Source of the DNA: Octopus bimaculoides
Lineage: Eukaryota
Reading direction: 5' to 3'
Assembly: GCF_001194135.2 (NCBI RefSeq)
Contig: NC_069005.1
Coordinates: 7,599,797 to 7,663,796 of the forward strand
Length of the DNA stretch: 64,000 nt
Shown in pieces: positions 63,001 to 64,000 of the stretch (positions are counted from its first letter, which is position 1; every line of letters starts with the position of its first letter). The position numbers and the translations under genes were made by a program. Under the pieces are notes generated by a model, which saw nothing but the letters and a program-made list of their open reading frames with translations, had not been told where the DNA came from and ran no database searches.

Positions 63001-64000
63001 GAAGGAATACAGGAAGAGTCTCATGCGCATGCGTGGAGTTCGACACCCAGCTTTGGCGCCTTTTCTCAGTCTCTTCGTTGACTGATCTCCGTCGAGCCAA
63101 GACGTCCAACAGAGCTCTCTCACATGTCAGCACCAGAGCTTCACAAATAACCACGGAAATCTTTCAGGAGGCGTCTCAGTAGCCGAGGGCGACGAGCTAC
63201 CGAATTCCCTCCAAGCGTGAACTGAATTCCACTGTAAATAAATATTGTTATGTTGTTCGGAATCTGCGTTCCGTTGTTTCTTCTAGAAATTTAATGTACG
63301 GAAGCGGTGTACACCTAATGGTGTATAACCACTTCCCTACAACCTCATTATTACCAACAAATTATGTGTATTATATATATATATATGTATAATTGTGTGT
63401 TCATATATATGTTGGTGGGTGCGTTTACATACTTTTCCAACCATGTAGTTTTGAGTTCAGTCCCATCAGTCCCACTGCGTGGCATCTTGGACAAGTGTCT
63501 TCTACTATAGCCCCTGTGACAAGCCCCAAACCCTTGCGATTTGATTTGGTAGACGGAAACTGAAAGAAGCCTTACTCACAGAAATGTAACCACACGTGGA
63601 CTATTGGCGATTTTCCTTTTCGTTCTTCTTTGGGTTTTCCCCGTTCTCCTTTCCGGCGAAGAGCCATGCTCGAAACGTTAAAAGCTCTCCTTTCACCGAG
63701 CATCAAACTAATATCAAACTCGTGCACATCCACACATTCGTTTGTTTTTTTACCCCTCTTCGTTTTTTATTCATCTTTGAACTGTTTTTTCGTTGAATTG
63801 ACAATATAATATATATATTGATAATAATTATTCACATATATGTTCTTAACATATATAGGCAGGTTCAAATGAAAAATATGCTGGTTGTTGAAGTGTACAT
63901 TATAGGAGAAAAACGGCAATGGGTTCAACACGTTCGGCTCATTAACGCACAGCATTCTGGGACACCGGTGTTTCATGTGTCACTATCCAGAAGTAGCCAG

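Overview
Eukaryotic, AT-rich, microsatellite- and repeat-dense scaffold with N-gaps. The repeat content (tRNA-derived SINEs, RTE LINE 3' tails, Penelope-like fragments) suggests an octopus (coleoid cephalopod) genome; this is inference. Bases 1-44072 hold one long minus-strand gene, DNA topoisomerase 3-alpha (TOP3A). I traced 27 coding exons by hand with GT-AG boundaries and continuous reading phase, covering the TOPRIM motifs (VAEK, DCDREGE), the catalytic Tyr (IISYPRT), the C4 zinc ribbon and two GRF zinc fingers. Two expected exons are not visible and probably lie in gaps 22367-23323 and 2594-3393. The gene continues past base 1, which is itself a splice acceptor. The introns and the 44-64 kb region are a patchwork of SINEs, LINE remnants (RTE, and R2/R4-type restriction-like endonuclease domains), DNA-transposon derivatives (hAT, a TIR-bounded hATm-like transposase relic, mariner, piggyBac-like, pogo-like, a Merlin-like MITE) and mini/microsatellites. 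I found no convincing wholly new system. The best leads are: a minimal hammerhead-ribozyme motif in an inverted Penelope-like insertion (19.6-20.0 kb) with two degenerate relatives; a dual-ATG and uORF arrangement at the TOP3A start; a highly fragmented TOP3A exon structure; a MITE with telomere-like repeats; and a possible divergent plus-strand gene starting near 53.2 kb.
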